In this document: positions 17,834 through 26,225 of the stretch, one piece after another | Layout of the letters: each line of letters opens with the position of its first letter | How positions within the stretch are numbered: the first letter of the stretch is position 1 | From: Candidatus Omnitrophota bacterium | GTDB taxonomy: Bacteria; Omnitrophota; Omnitrophia; Omnitrophales; Aquincolibacteriaceae | Assembly (NCBI GenBank): GCA_043803685.1 | Contig: JAZDJU010000049.1 | Coordinates: forward strand, 1 to 57,308 | DNA: 57,308 bases | Direction: 5' to 3' | Notes under the pieces: model-generated | Told to the model about the DNA's origin: nothing | Databases searched by the model: none | The model's input: only the letters and a program-made list of their open reading frames with translations | Program-made: the position numbers and the translations under genes

Positions 17834-19663
17834 CTAAATTTCGACCTGGCAGGTGATGTAAAAAGTCGAGGCACCGGCCCCGGAAGTGGGATCGTCCCCC
17901 AAGGCTTTGGCCCACTGGGCGCGCACATAGAGGTTCTTCCGGAAATGAAGTTGCACGCCGCCCCCCGAGCCCATAAGGAACTTGTGCTCTCGTTCCCCCT
18001 GGAGGGTTTTGTTAAGCTTTCCCATCCCGACATCCAGAAAAACGAAGGGCTCGATCTGGCTTCGCAGAGGCACATCCGCCTTGGGAAGTTTCCAACGCTC
18101 AGGGATAAAATACGCTGGGAACATCCAGTCGGTGCTGATATTGCCACCAATATCCGCCATATAATCGCCTTCGGGATAACCTCGAACTGTATTGATCCCC
18201 CCGAGCTGACACTGTTCCGATGACGGAAGTGTATAAGGACTTACCTGAAAAACGGACCGGATGGCCATGTAGCTTTTCAGGAACATCCGCTGCATACGGC
18301 GAAGATTCTGCGTGTAATTAAAAAAGAACCCTCCCGTGCCGTCGCGGCTGGCGCTCGGATGATTGCGTGTCGAGGCTCCCAGAAAACGCGATGTCCCGAA
18401 AGTGAATTGGGGCGAAAAGGTGGTTTCTCCTCCGCCTCCGAAAAGATCCGTTTTGTTAAGATCAAAGCCAAAGTACGGCAAGCGAAGCTGGTCGTTCGTC
18501 GTGATCGCTCCGGCGATCTTCTTTTTGATGACCTTGATCTCCATCCCAGCAGAAGCATTCGCCTGAAAACTTTCGGAAAGATACAATTCCTTGGAGATGT
18601 GGGGACTGTAGATCTGCGTCGTCCCCGTCACATGAAAGGACCGGAGCTCCTTGCCGAGTGTCATCGTAAAATAGGTCATATCCATGCCGATCATGGTGCC
18701 ACGCGTATCCAACGGCAGGTCGTAACTCGAAGACACCCCGACGGTATCAGCACTGAGGATATTGCTCGCAAAAAATGAATCAAAATGTCCCGTGAGATTG
18801 CTGCTGCGCAAATAGAACGAAGTCCGGTTCTTCCCCGTCAGACGTGTCCCCTGATTGTCAAATCCTGCCCCGATGTGATAAGGAACGTTCTCCTTGGCAC
18901 GCAGGACGATATCGCTTGTCCCCGTCACCTCGCCCGCCTGAATGAACGTCTTGATCTCAAGATCAGGGTTCTGGTTAAGCCTCAGAATATCTTTCTGAAG
19001 CCTGGGCATATTCAAAGGCTCCTCTTTTTTGATATGGAGAAATTTCTCGATCAGAGCGCGCGAGAACCAACGGTTCCCCTCGACAGTCACCTTACCCAGA
19101 CGGCCTTCGACCACTTTGACCTCAACCTTCCCCCCCTTGATATCCTGCTCGGGGACAAAGACGGTCGTGGTCAGATACCCTTTCCGGACATAGCGGTCTT
19201 CGATTTTCTTGGTGATCTCATCCAGATCTTGAAAAGAGATTTTTTTGTCGAGATAGGCTTGATAGGTCGGCCGGAGATCCTGAGGCTTGAACACCGTGCT
19301 TCCTGTAACGCTGATCTCTTTCAGGAGAAAGGTCGCGGCGGAGGGCGCTGCCGCTCCCTTGGGCTTTTCCACTTCGATTTCAGGAGCTTTGACCTTCTTC
19401 TTCCCGAGAAGTTCCTTCCTTTGCTCGAACTGCTGATAAACGCGCTCGCCCTGCGCCCCCGGTTCCTGCCCGGGAGGAATATTCGCGGCAAAAGCCGGCG
19501 TTGTGATCCCGATCATTGCTATAAGAAAAAACAGCCTTCTCGATGCGTGTGTCAACTCTATGGATCCTTGTCTCATCGTATGGGGTATGCAGCTTTTAAA
19601 TCGCCGCCTGAATTGATTTTCGTCGACGGCTTCACGCATTCTGTAACGGCAAAACCGCACCAA
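17834..19663 (-). CDS. ShlB/FhaC/HecB (TpsB) two-partner secretion transporter
   Basis: POTRA motifs (I.V.GSTVF, Y..KGY.TT.V.VPEQDI..G.V...VVEG) and the TpsB motif LGGINTVRGY. Start uncertain; signal peptide ends near PAFA. Confidence 0.9.
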   Translation of the reverse strand: MVRFCRYRMREAVDENQFRRRFKSCIPHTMRQGSIELTHASRRLFFLIAMIGITTPAFAANIPPGQEPGAQGERVYQQFEQRKELLGKKKVKAPEIEVEKPKGAAAPSAATFLLKEISVTGSTVFKPQDLRPTYQAYLDKKISFQDLDEITKKIEDRYVRKGYLTTTVFVPEQDIKGGKVEVKVVEGRLGKVTVEGNRWFSRALIEKFLHIKKEEPLNMPRLQKDILRLNQNPDLEIKTFIQAGEVTGTSDIVLRAKENVPYHIGAGFDNQGTRLTGKNRTSFYLRSSNLTGHFDSFFASNILSADTVGVSSSYDLPLDTRGTMIGMDMTYFTMTLGKELRSFHVTGTTQIYSPHISKELYLSESFQANASAGMEIKVIKKKIAGAITTNDQLRLPYFGFDLNKTDLFGGGGETTFSPQFTFGTSRFLGASTRNHPSASRDGTGGFFFNYTQNLRRMQRMFLKSYMAIRSVFQVSPYTLPSSEQCQLGGINTVRGYPEGDYMADIGGNISTDWMFPAYFIPERWKLPKADVPLRSQIEPFVFLDVGMGKLNKTLQGEREHKFLMGSGGGVQLHFRKNLYVRAQWAKALGDDPTSGAGASTFYITCQVEI

Positions 19664-19727
19664 ACCTTTCGGGATTTACCGTTTGTTTCCCAGCGCGGAT
19701 CCTACGAGGTTCCTTTTGAGGCGAAAA

Positions 19728-20192
19728 CTATTCCTGAAGGGGCTGTACGGAAACTGACGCGAGTCCCTTTCGCGGGTTCGAGATCTTTGCGAAAGCGGCA
19801 CGAGTCAGGTCAATGACCCGGCCGAGACGCTTGGCCGGACCGCGATCGTTGACCACACAGATCACCGATCTCCCGTTGGCGAGATTCGTGATCTTGAGAC
19901 GTGTCCCGAATGGAAACTTCCAGGACGCGCAGGTCATGCGCCTGTCGTCAAAAATGTCGCCATTGGCCGTCCGTTTTTTGATCTTCGGGCTAGCCCGGCT
20001 ATACCAGGACGCGGTTCCGAACAGAGCGAGGCGTATTTCCGTCATGGAACTTTCTTTCTCCTCCGCCGGCGTCAGGATCACGCCCGTGACTGAACCGGGG
20101 ATCTCTTGGAGCATGGAAGTGGGACTGGCAGAGACAAGAGGCACTGCAGTAAACATCATGAGAGCGAGCCAACGCCTGACGCCTTGCTTCAC
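19728..20192 (-). CDS. rlpA: RlpA family septal ring lytic transglycosylase
   Basis: GTASWY...TANG..FD...TCA...PFGT.LKITNL.NGRSV...VNDRGP...RVIDLT. Start reassigned to GTG 20192, 5 nt after GGAGG, which gives a signal peptide. Confidence 0.9.
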   Translation of the reverse strand: MKQGVRRWLALMMFTAVPLVSASPTSMLQEIPGSVTGVILTPAEEKESSMTEIRLALFGTASWYSRASPKIKKRTANGDIFDDRRMTCASWKFPFGTRLKITNLANGRSVICVVNDRGPAKRLGRVIDLTRAAFAKISNPRKGLASVSVQPLQE

Positions 20193-20200
20193 GAGAGCCT

Positions 20201-20362
20201 CCCCCGGCAACCCAGCCTCCCTTACGCGAGAAACTTTGCTCACGCACTCGGGACTGTGGCTTTGCAGCGCAAGCGGCAACTTCACCCTTGCGCTGTTCCG
20301 CAACCTTTGGAAGATTTTACGGAACGTCCCCTGATCTCTCAGGGTTTGCCTCTACTCAAAGT
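20201..20362 (-). promoter_or_regulatory. c-di-GMP-I (GEMM) riboswitch with 60-nt internal insertion
   Basis: GGCAAA-CCCTGA-GAGA-TCAGGG-GAC [insert] GCAAA-GCC-A-CAG-TCCC...GGGA-GG-CTG-GGTTGCCG, ending at the rlpA Shine-Dalgarno. Confidence 0.75.
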
Positions 20363-20462
20363 GTGTCCGTTAAAATCCATTTTTACAAGCTCGGGGGCAA
20401 GAAACTTCAGGATCGGAAAGAAAAGCGAACGGTTTGTATTCGGAGATCATCAGTCAACAAAT

Positions 20463-20484
20463 GTGCGCCAAGAGGGATTCGAAC
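20463..20484 (-). other. Isolated tRNA 3' fragment (att-like remnant)
   Basis: GTTCGAATCCCTCTTGGCGCAC = T-loop, T-stem 3' strand and acceptor 3' strand; no D or anticodon arm upstream. Confidence 0.55.
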
Positions 20485-20527
20485 AGCTACAGTTCAGAGG
20501 GTCCTTATGATGTGTTGCGCCGCGAGC

Positions 20528-21214
20528 TCACGCTGCGGTACATTTCCTTGTCGCGATCCAGATGAGATGGTGCGCGCCCTTGCCTCCGGCACGCGCCCGG
20601 ACACGGATCGCCTCCACTTTAAATCCTACGTGTTCCATGCGACGGGTAAATTCCACATCAGGGCCAGCGGACCACAGCGCAAGCACCCCCTCCGGCCGTA
20701 GCGCCGCCAGCATCGCATGAAGCCCCGAGAGACCATAGAACCAGTGGTTCCCCGTCCTGGAAAGTCCCGCGGGTCCATTATCCACATCCAGAAGAATCGC
20801 ATCGTAACGTCCCCTGCCGGTCTTGATCAACTTGGCCGCATTCACCTCATGAACGGTCACCCGGTTGTCGTCGAGAGGCTGACCCGCTAAAGCGGCAAGC
20901 GGCCCACGGTTCCACTTCACCACCGCAGGCATCAGTTCCGCCACCTCCACCCGGGCTGTGACCGGAAGCCCGTCGAGGGCCGCACGAAGCGTGAACCCCA
21001 TCCCGAGCCCGCCGATCAGCACGCGCGTGCGGTCCTGTTTTTCCATTCTTTCCAGCGCCAACCGGGCCAACATTTCCTCAGACTCATGCGTCCGGCTGCT
21101 CATGAGCTGGACATTCCCCACGCAGATAAAGAAATCCTTATCGTGCTGATAGAGTCGAAGCTCTTTCCCGCCGTCAGGCGTTTCAGCTTTGTCGAGCAAA
21201 ATCTGTGGAATCAT
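20528..21214 (-). CDS. Spermidine-synthase-like SAM-dependent methyltransferase
   Basis: LMSSR..ESEE.LA, VLIGGLGMGFTL, YDAILLDVDNGP, LALWSA. Confidence 0.85.
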   Translation of the reverse strand: MIPQILLDKAETPDGGKELRLYQHDKDFFICVGNVQLMSSRTHESEEMLARLALERMEKQDRTRVLIGGLGMGFTLRAALDGLPVTARVEVAELMPAVVKWNRGPLAALAGQPLDDNRVTVHEVNAAKLIKTGRGRYDAILLDVDNGPAGLSRTGNHWFYGLSGLHAMLAALRPEGVLALWSAGPDVEFTRRMEHVGFKVEAIRVRARAGGKGAHHLIWIATRKCTAA

Positions 21215-21245
21215 TCGTACCTTTCAAATATAGGAGTTTGATGCA

Positions 21246-21833
21246 TTACGATTTCCGGACAGCCGTCCCCTTTTTCTCTTCACCGCGCAACACCATCGTT
21301 TTGCCGTCATATTCCCGGAAGAGATCCTCCCGGATCCCTTCGTTCCAGACTTCTTCTCGCTGCAACTGGCCGCTCTTGCTGTATTTTTTAGCCAGGCCGT
21401 GCTGTCTCCCGTTCTTGTAAAATTTCTCTTCCTGGAGTTGCCCGCTCGCGTAATACCACTTCACAGGGCCTTCCCGCGTTCCGTTCCTGAAAAAACTTTC
21501 GGAGGCCAATTGTCCGTTCTCATAATACATCTTGGACGCCCCCTCAAGATGTCCGTCCTTCCAAACCTCTTCTTTTTGCAACTGTCCGTTCTCGTGATAT
21601 GCCTTGAACGGACCCGCCGGGTTCCCCGCTTTGAGAACTTTCTCGGCTTTCAGTTTTCCGTTCTTGTGATAATACTTAACCGTTCCCTCGGCCTTTCCAT
21701 CCTTGTAAACGGCCTCGGTACTTAATTGTCCGTTCTCATAATACGATATGACGGGGCCCTCGAGGATCCCGTTCTCGTAAGTCCTCTTGCATTTCAATTG
21801 CCCGTTCTTGTAATGCTCCCTTCCAATGTACAT
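21246..21833 (-). CDS. MORN-2 repeat protein (YwqK-like antitoxin family)
   Basis: Seven 24-aa repeats of the type G...YYENGQL..E. Confidence 0.85.
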   Translation of the reverse strand: MYIGREHYKNGQLKCKRTYENGILEGPVISYYENGQLSTEAVYKDGKAEGTVKYYHKNGKLKAEKVLKAGNPAGPFKAYHENGQLQKEEVWKDGHLEGASKMYYENGQLASESFFRNGTREGPVKWYYASGQLQEEKFYKNGRQHGLAKKYSKSGQLQREEVWNEGIREDLFREYDGKTMVLRGEEKKGTAVRKS

Positions 21834-21877
21834 TCCCCGAGCCCCCTTGTCTTTCTCTGTACTTCTTAAACGGTATT

Positions 21878-22702
21878 CTACCTCAAATGCACCGTTTCAC
21901 TCAAAGCATCCCGATAGGTGGGAAGAATCCGTATGCGCCCATAGCCCGCCGCACAAAGCATGTCTTTATTGTGAGCCACCGCCTTCTCCACCGTATTGTG
22001 GTTCTTGCTGATATGCAAAAGGAAGACCGCTTCCGGCAAAACAGTGGAGGATCGCGCGACATTGAGAAGAACATCGGAGCAATGGTCATTCGAAGGTTGA
22101 TAAGGCAGGATATGTTTCCGCTTCACATACTCCGGGACAGGACTCGGGCCTTGGATCATCTTGGAGCAATAGTTGGAGGCTATCAGGATCAGATCCGAAT
22201 CAAGCAGACGATCCGCAATAAGTTCGCCCGGTCCGCCATAATCGGTGACCAATGAGATCTTTTTCATCTTGTTGCCAGGGCCGCTCTTGATACAAAAACC
22301 GACACATCCCCCTTCCGCGTCATGGTCGACGGGAAAGGACGTAACACGAAACGATCCGACCTGAAAGGAAGCTTTCGAAAATGTCCGGAATGAGTGCTTG
22401 TGTTTATCGGACAGACTTTGCGCCACGACTTTTTGGACACCGGGGAGACAATAGACCGGAATCTCATAGCGGAAACATTTTTCGATCGTGGTTATTTTGC
22501 TGTGATCATTATGCGCGTGGGTCACCAGCACTCCGGAAAGATCCCGGATCGAAAATCCCAGAGGCTTGATCAGCCCTTCCGTAACACGGGGTCCAAGGCC
22601 GCAATCGACCAGGATCGCGTGCTGACGGTTCCAGATAAGAGTCGAGTTGCCACTGCTCGAACTGCGCAGAACGCTCACGCTTACGGCGGGATCAACTTTC
22701 AT
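21878..22702 (-). CDS. Metallo-beta-lactamase fold hydrolase (YycJ/WalJ-like)
   Basis: SSSSGN, LVDCG, THAHNDH, PVDHDA, VTD, LHIS. Confidence 0.85.
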   Translation of the reverse strand: MKVDPAVSVSVLRSSSSGNSTLIWNRQHAILVDCGLGPRVTEGLIKPLGFSIRDLSGVLVTHAHNDHSKITTIEKCFRYEIPVYCLPGVQKVVAQSLSDKHKHSFRTFSKASFQVGSFRVTSFPVDHDAEGGCVGFCIKSGPGNKMKKISLVTDYGGPGELIADRLLDSDLILIASNYCSKMIQGPSPVPEYVKRKHILPYQPSNDHCSDVLLNVARSSTVLPEAVFLLHISKNHNTVEKAVAHNKDMLCAAGYGRIRILPTYRDALSETVHLR

Positions 22703-24054
22703 CGCTTGGCTTTCAACTCCGGAAAGTGATCCTTGATCTTGTGGATACGCTCATCAAAGATAATGTCCCGGTGCTTGACGGGCCTGCGCAAGAGCATCCC
22801 CTCGAACGACCGGCAACGGCTCAAGGCCACATAGACCTGGCCATGGGTGAACGCGCCGTGATCCAGATCAATGATCAGATGATCAAAGGTCAGCCCCTGA
22901 CTTTTATGGATCGTGATCGCCCAAGCCAGTTTGATCGGAAGCTGCTGAAAACTGCCGACCACATCCTCCACGATCTTGTCGGCGTCTTCATCGAACCGGT
23001 ATTTGATCTTCTCCCATGTCGTCGCCTCGATCCAATGGTTCTTATCGCCGATCCGGACCTCCACCGAACCCTCGTCCAGGTCGATCACCTCTCCGATACT
23101 GCCGTTAACCCACCGCTTTTCGGGATCATTACGGATCATCAGCACCTGCGCCCCTTTTTTAAGCCGGAGCTCTGTCTCGGTTGGATAGGACGAGCGATCG
23201 AATTCCCCTTTCACGCCGGCATCATAGCAAAACTCCTCGCCCTTTAAATGCCGGAGACGGGTCATGTTAATGGCATGGGCCGCCGCATTGGTAGGCGTCA
23301 ACGTCATGCAGTCGCGCGCGGCTTCACAAAGCGCGGGCTCCACGCGACTATTCAGGATCGTCATCTCTTCATCGGTCACGGACCGGTTCCGGATCTTGTT
23401 GAGGAGTCCTTTGAACGCTTGTTCTTTTTGCCGGTAGATCTTTTTCAAATTGAAATGATGGAACTGGGCCTTTTGAAATACCTTCGCGCTGAAAAAATAG
23501 GGTGTCTCATAGAGACTCTGGTAAATGCCCGCCATCTCCCGGTCCACGATCGGCGGCAGCTGGAATAGATCTCCGAAAAGGACCACCTGCACTCCTCCGA
23601 AAGGTTTTTTCGGGAGCCCTTTATTGATCCGGAGCGCGAGATCGATCCCGTCCATGAGGTCCGCGCGCATCATGGAAGCCTCATCCACGATCAGAAGCTC
23701 CAGGCTCTCAAAAATATGTTGCGCGTGATGCACCTTCTTGATGTGGTCTGGCTGGATCAGCTTGGGCGGGAACCTGAAAAAAGAATGGATCGTCTGGCCG
23801 TGGCTGTTGATCGCCGCGATCCCCGTCGGCGCCAGGACGATGAATTTCTTGCGGGTGTTCTTTCGGAAGTATTTCAAAAGCGTGGTTTTGCCGGTTCCCG
23901 CTTCACCCGTAATGTAGAGATTTTTCTTCGTTTTCTCGATCGCGTTAAAACCGGTGACGAACTCCTCGCTCAGCTCGAAATCATCCGGAAGGGAGAGATC
24001 GAAGTTTTTCGCGAGAAAATGAGGTTTTTCTGGTTTGCTTTTTGGGGACATCAA
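22699..24054 (-). CDS. PIF1-family SF1B helicase
   Basis: GEAGTGKT, APTGIAA, VDEASM, FGGVQVVLFGDLFQLPP, LKKIYRQ, AITIHKSQG, YVALSR. Confidence 0.92.
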   Translation of the reverse strand: MMSPKSKPEKPHFLAKNFDLSLPDDFELSEEFVTGFNAIEKTKKNLYITGEAGTGKTTLLKYFRKNTRKKFIVLAPTGIAAINSHGQTIHSFFRFPPKLIQPDHIKKVHHAQHIFESLELLIVDEASMMRADLMDGIDLALRINKGLPKKPFGGVQVVLFGDLFQLPPIVDREMAGIYQSLYETPYFFSAKVFQKAQFHHFNLKKIYRQKEQAFKGLLNKIRNRSVTDEEMTILNSRVEPALCEAARDCMTLTPTNAAAHAINMTRLRHLKGEEFCYDAGVKGEFDRSSYPTETELRLKKGAQVLMIRNDPEKRWVNGSIGEVIDLDEGSVEVRIGDKNHWIEATTWEKIKYRFDEDADKIVEDVVGSFQQLPIKLAWAITIHKSQGLTFDHLIIDLDHGAFTHGQVYVALSRCRSFEGMLLRRPVKHRDIIFDERIHKIKDHFPELKAKR

Positions 24055-24177
24055 TTAAACCATTCCGTTCGAAAAGAGATCCAAACGCTTTCACACTTGA
24101 ATCTCATGACCCATCGGCAGTCATTACGGCAAATCATCTGTCGAGAACTATAAAACAAAGGTGATTTTCTTCGCGGC

Positions 24178-24324
24178 TTACTGCAATCCCCGGATCTTGT
24201 TCCCGGACTTCGTGAGCTCCGCCTGGATCCTGATCCAGTCCTTTTTCTCAAGTTTCCCGGCCATGAACTTGTCGCAAGCGATATTGTATTCCTTGCGGAT
24301 CTTGATAAGTCGCGGATCGATCAT
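24178..24324 (-). CDS. Small hypothetical protein (48 aa), below the ORF track cutoff
   Basis: MIDPRLIKIRKEYNIACDKFMAGKLEKKDWIRIQAELTKSGNKIRGLQ with a strong GAGGAGG RBS. Confidence 0.6.
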   Translation of the reverse strand: MIDPRLIKIRKEYNIACDKFMAGKLEKKDWIRIQAELTKSGNKIRGLQ

Positions 24325-24421
24325 AGCCCCCTCCTCACCCGTTCTTCCATCGCATCATAGCTTCAGATGACTGAGCATCATGAAGCGGACTGATTATACT
24401 CCCCCTGCATCCCCAGAAGGT

Positions 24422-24457
24422 AAAAAAGCCCGGCAGCTTTCGCCACCGGGCCTTTTT
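24422..24457. terminator. Bidirectional intrinsic terminator after csp
   Basis: AAAAAAGCCCGG-cagctttcgcca-CCGGGCCTTTTT. Confidence 0.8.
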
Positions 24458-24474
24458 AGAACTTCGGTTGTGTC

Positions 24475-24636
24475 CTAGCACTGTTCTCCATTTGATTTTT
24501 TGGGGTTAACAGTACTGCCCAAGTCTCTATTTTTTTCATTAATGGCGACTTGGACTGCACTGATTTCCGATCATTTCTCATGAACAAAAATCAAGTGCTG
24601 TACCGCATACCCCTAATTTCAAATGTGATGCGGTAC
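24475..24636 (-). ncRNA. Four-hairpin structured RNA in the csp 3' region (putative)
   Basis: Abutting stems at 24600-24636, 24557-24598, 24519-24553 and 24477-24516. Confidence 0.5.
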
Positions 24637-24836
24637 TAGATCTTCACAACGTTCGAAGCTTGGTCGCCCTTGGGGCCTTGGGTCACATCAAATTCGACCG
24701 CCTGGCCTTCTTCCAAAGACTTGTATCCTTCGCCCTGGATCGCGGTGTGATGCACGAACACATCAGCGCCACCTTCACGGGTGATGAATCCAAAACCTTT
24801 TTCATTTTTGAACCACTTCACTTTACCTTGTACCAT
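24636..24836 (-). CDS. Cold-shock protein (CspA family), 66 aa
   Basis: [18 protein letters not shown]...DVFVHH..I...GYKSL.EGQ.VEF; AAGGAG RBS. Confidence 0.97.
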   Translation of the reverse strand: MVQGKVKWFKNEKGFGFITREGGADVFVHHTAIQGEGYKSLEEGQAVEFDVTQGPKGDQASNVVKI

Positions 24837-25016
24837 GGTTGATATTGCTCCTTTCACTAGCACTGCTCTCCATTTGATTTTAGAGGCTCGCAGTACTGGA
24901 ATTATAGTTACGCATGACAAGTTCAACCTTCACTACGGTAGAAACATCAACCTGGTGCAGTTAGAACAAGCCCGCTTTGTGTTCCCCTTCCGGGGAGTTC
25001 AAGTCAGGGTAAAAAC

Positions 25017-25051
25017 AAAAAAACCGCAAGGCTCACTTTCTGACCTTGCGG
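25017..25051 (-). terminator. Leader terminator/attenuator upstream of csp
   Basis: CCGCAAGG-tcagaaagtgag-CCTTGCGG followed by TTTTTTT. Confidence 0.7.
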
Positions 25052-25089
25052 CGCAAATTGTGTTCTACCTCTCTGCTTACTACGCGAGG

Positions 25090-25118
25090 ACTATACGCTA
25101 CGCACGCCCGATTGTCAT
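25090..25118 (-). promoter_or_regulatory. sigma70-like promoter of csp
   Basis: ATGACA - 17 nt - TATAGT. Confidence 0.55.
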
Positions 25119-25192
25119 GCTTTATTATGCCTGTCTGACATTCATGGATGTTTCGATTTTCCAAACCAAAGCGACATTCCAACAGGTTGGTT

Positions 25193-25966
25193 TCACTCGA
25201 TACTAAAACTCGCGTTCACGACGGCGGTCACCTTTTTCTCGAGCGAGGAAGTGTCGTTCACGCCCCAGTCCGAGATCTCGGTAGAATTGACAGGCGTGAT
25301 CTGGAAGACGCCCATCTTGGCGGAACGCATGAATCCGAGCTTATTGCCCGTGGCCTTGACCAGGTTGTCCGCCCGGAGCTTCGCGTTCTGCGTGGCTTTG
25401 GCCAGCATCTCGACCTTCAGCTCATCCAACTGAGTGTACGAATAATCCGGACTTCCCGAATAAAACTCGATCCCTGAATTGATCAGCTCAGTAGATTCCC
25501 TCGAAATTTGAGCGATCTTATAAACGTCCTTCGACCGGACTTCGACCGATTGCGTCAACTTGTAGCCTTCAATGTCATTGGTGCTATTCCCCTTCTCGTT
25601 CTTTCTATAGATCGTCTCTGTCGAGATCTGGGAAGTCAGGATCTCCGCTTCCCCGAGCCCCTTCCCCACCAGATATTTCTTTACCGTCTGAAGATCCGCC
25701 TGAAGCCTTTGATAGGCCACCGCCATCTCGATCTCACGCCGCGAAAAGGATCCATTCCACACAGCATAATCGCTCTTGATCTCCTTCTGCGCGGACCCGG
25801 TCACGGTGATCTGCTCACGCATGAATTTCGTCACCGATAAAAATCCTTTGGAGAAAATAAGGCTCGATGCGATCGTGGCCCCGGCGATACAAAGCCCGAG
25901 GATAATGATCTGGGTATTTTTGAGAATATTCATTTTGGAATGGGCGCTGTTCGACGGATCTTCCAT
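25193..25966 (-). CDS. SIMPL domain (DUF541) protein
   Basis: N-terminal TM, ITVTGSAQKEIKSD.AVW, GVFQITP...GVNDTSS..K.V..VV; GAGGAGG RBS. Confidence 0.88.
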   Translation of the reverse strand: MEDPSNSAHSKMNILKNTQIIILGLCIAGATIASSLIFSKGFLSVTKFMREQITVTGSAQKEIKSDYAVWNGSFSRREIEMAVAYQRLQADLQTVKKYLVGKGLGEAEILTSQISTETIYRKNEKGNSTNDIEGYKLTQSVEVRSKDVYKIAQISRESTELINSGIEFYSGSPDYSYTQLDELKVEMLAKATQNAKLRADNLVKATGNKLGFMRSAKMGVFQITPVNSTEISDWGVNDTSSLEKKVTAVVNASFSIE

Positions 25967-26171
25967 GCCTTGCCTCCTCGGGATTGCCCCGATGTTGAGC
26001 GGACTGTGATTGATGGCCTGAAAATCAGGGGACAGTGTTAACGGTCGATTTCCTAAAAACTAAACACCCCAAAACATAAAAAAAAAGAGAGTGCCTCAAC
26101 CCAGCGAGGGTAAAAAGCGCTCTCTTCGTGATTAGTTCTGAGTGAGTGCGCCCTGCCGGGCGCACAAACAA

Positions 26172-26205
26172 CAAAGGCGCCAGAGCTTTCGCTCCGGCGC
26201 CTTTG
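26172..26205 (-). terminator. Terminator after the OmcB-like gene
   Basis: CAAAGGCGCCAGAGC-tttc-GCTCCGGCGCCTTTG. Confidence 0.7.
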
Positions 26206-26225
26206 CGCAATCTTAACTTCCCGGC

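Noticed and set aside
19640..19690. Second c-di-GMP riboswitch before tpsB (GGTAAATCCCGAAAGG)
   Set aside because: No GACGCAAA segment or P3-type stem follows; it reads as an ordinary hairpin.
20193..20303. N-terminal extension of RlpA in the ORF track
   Set aside because: It runs through the riboswitch; GTG 20192 has a GGAGG RBS and yields a signal peptide.
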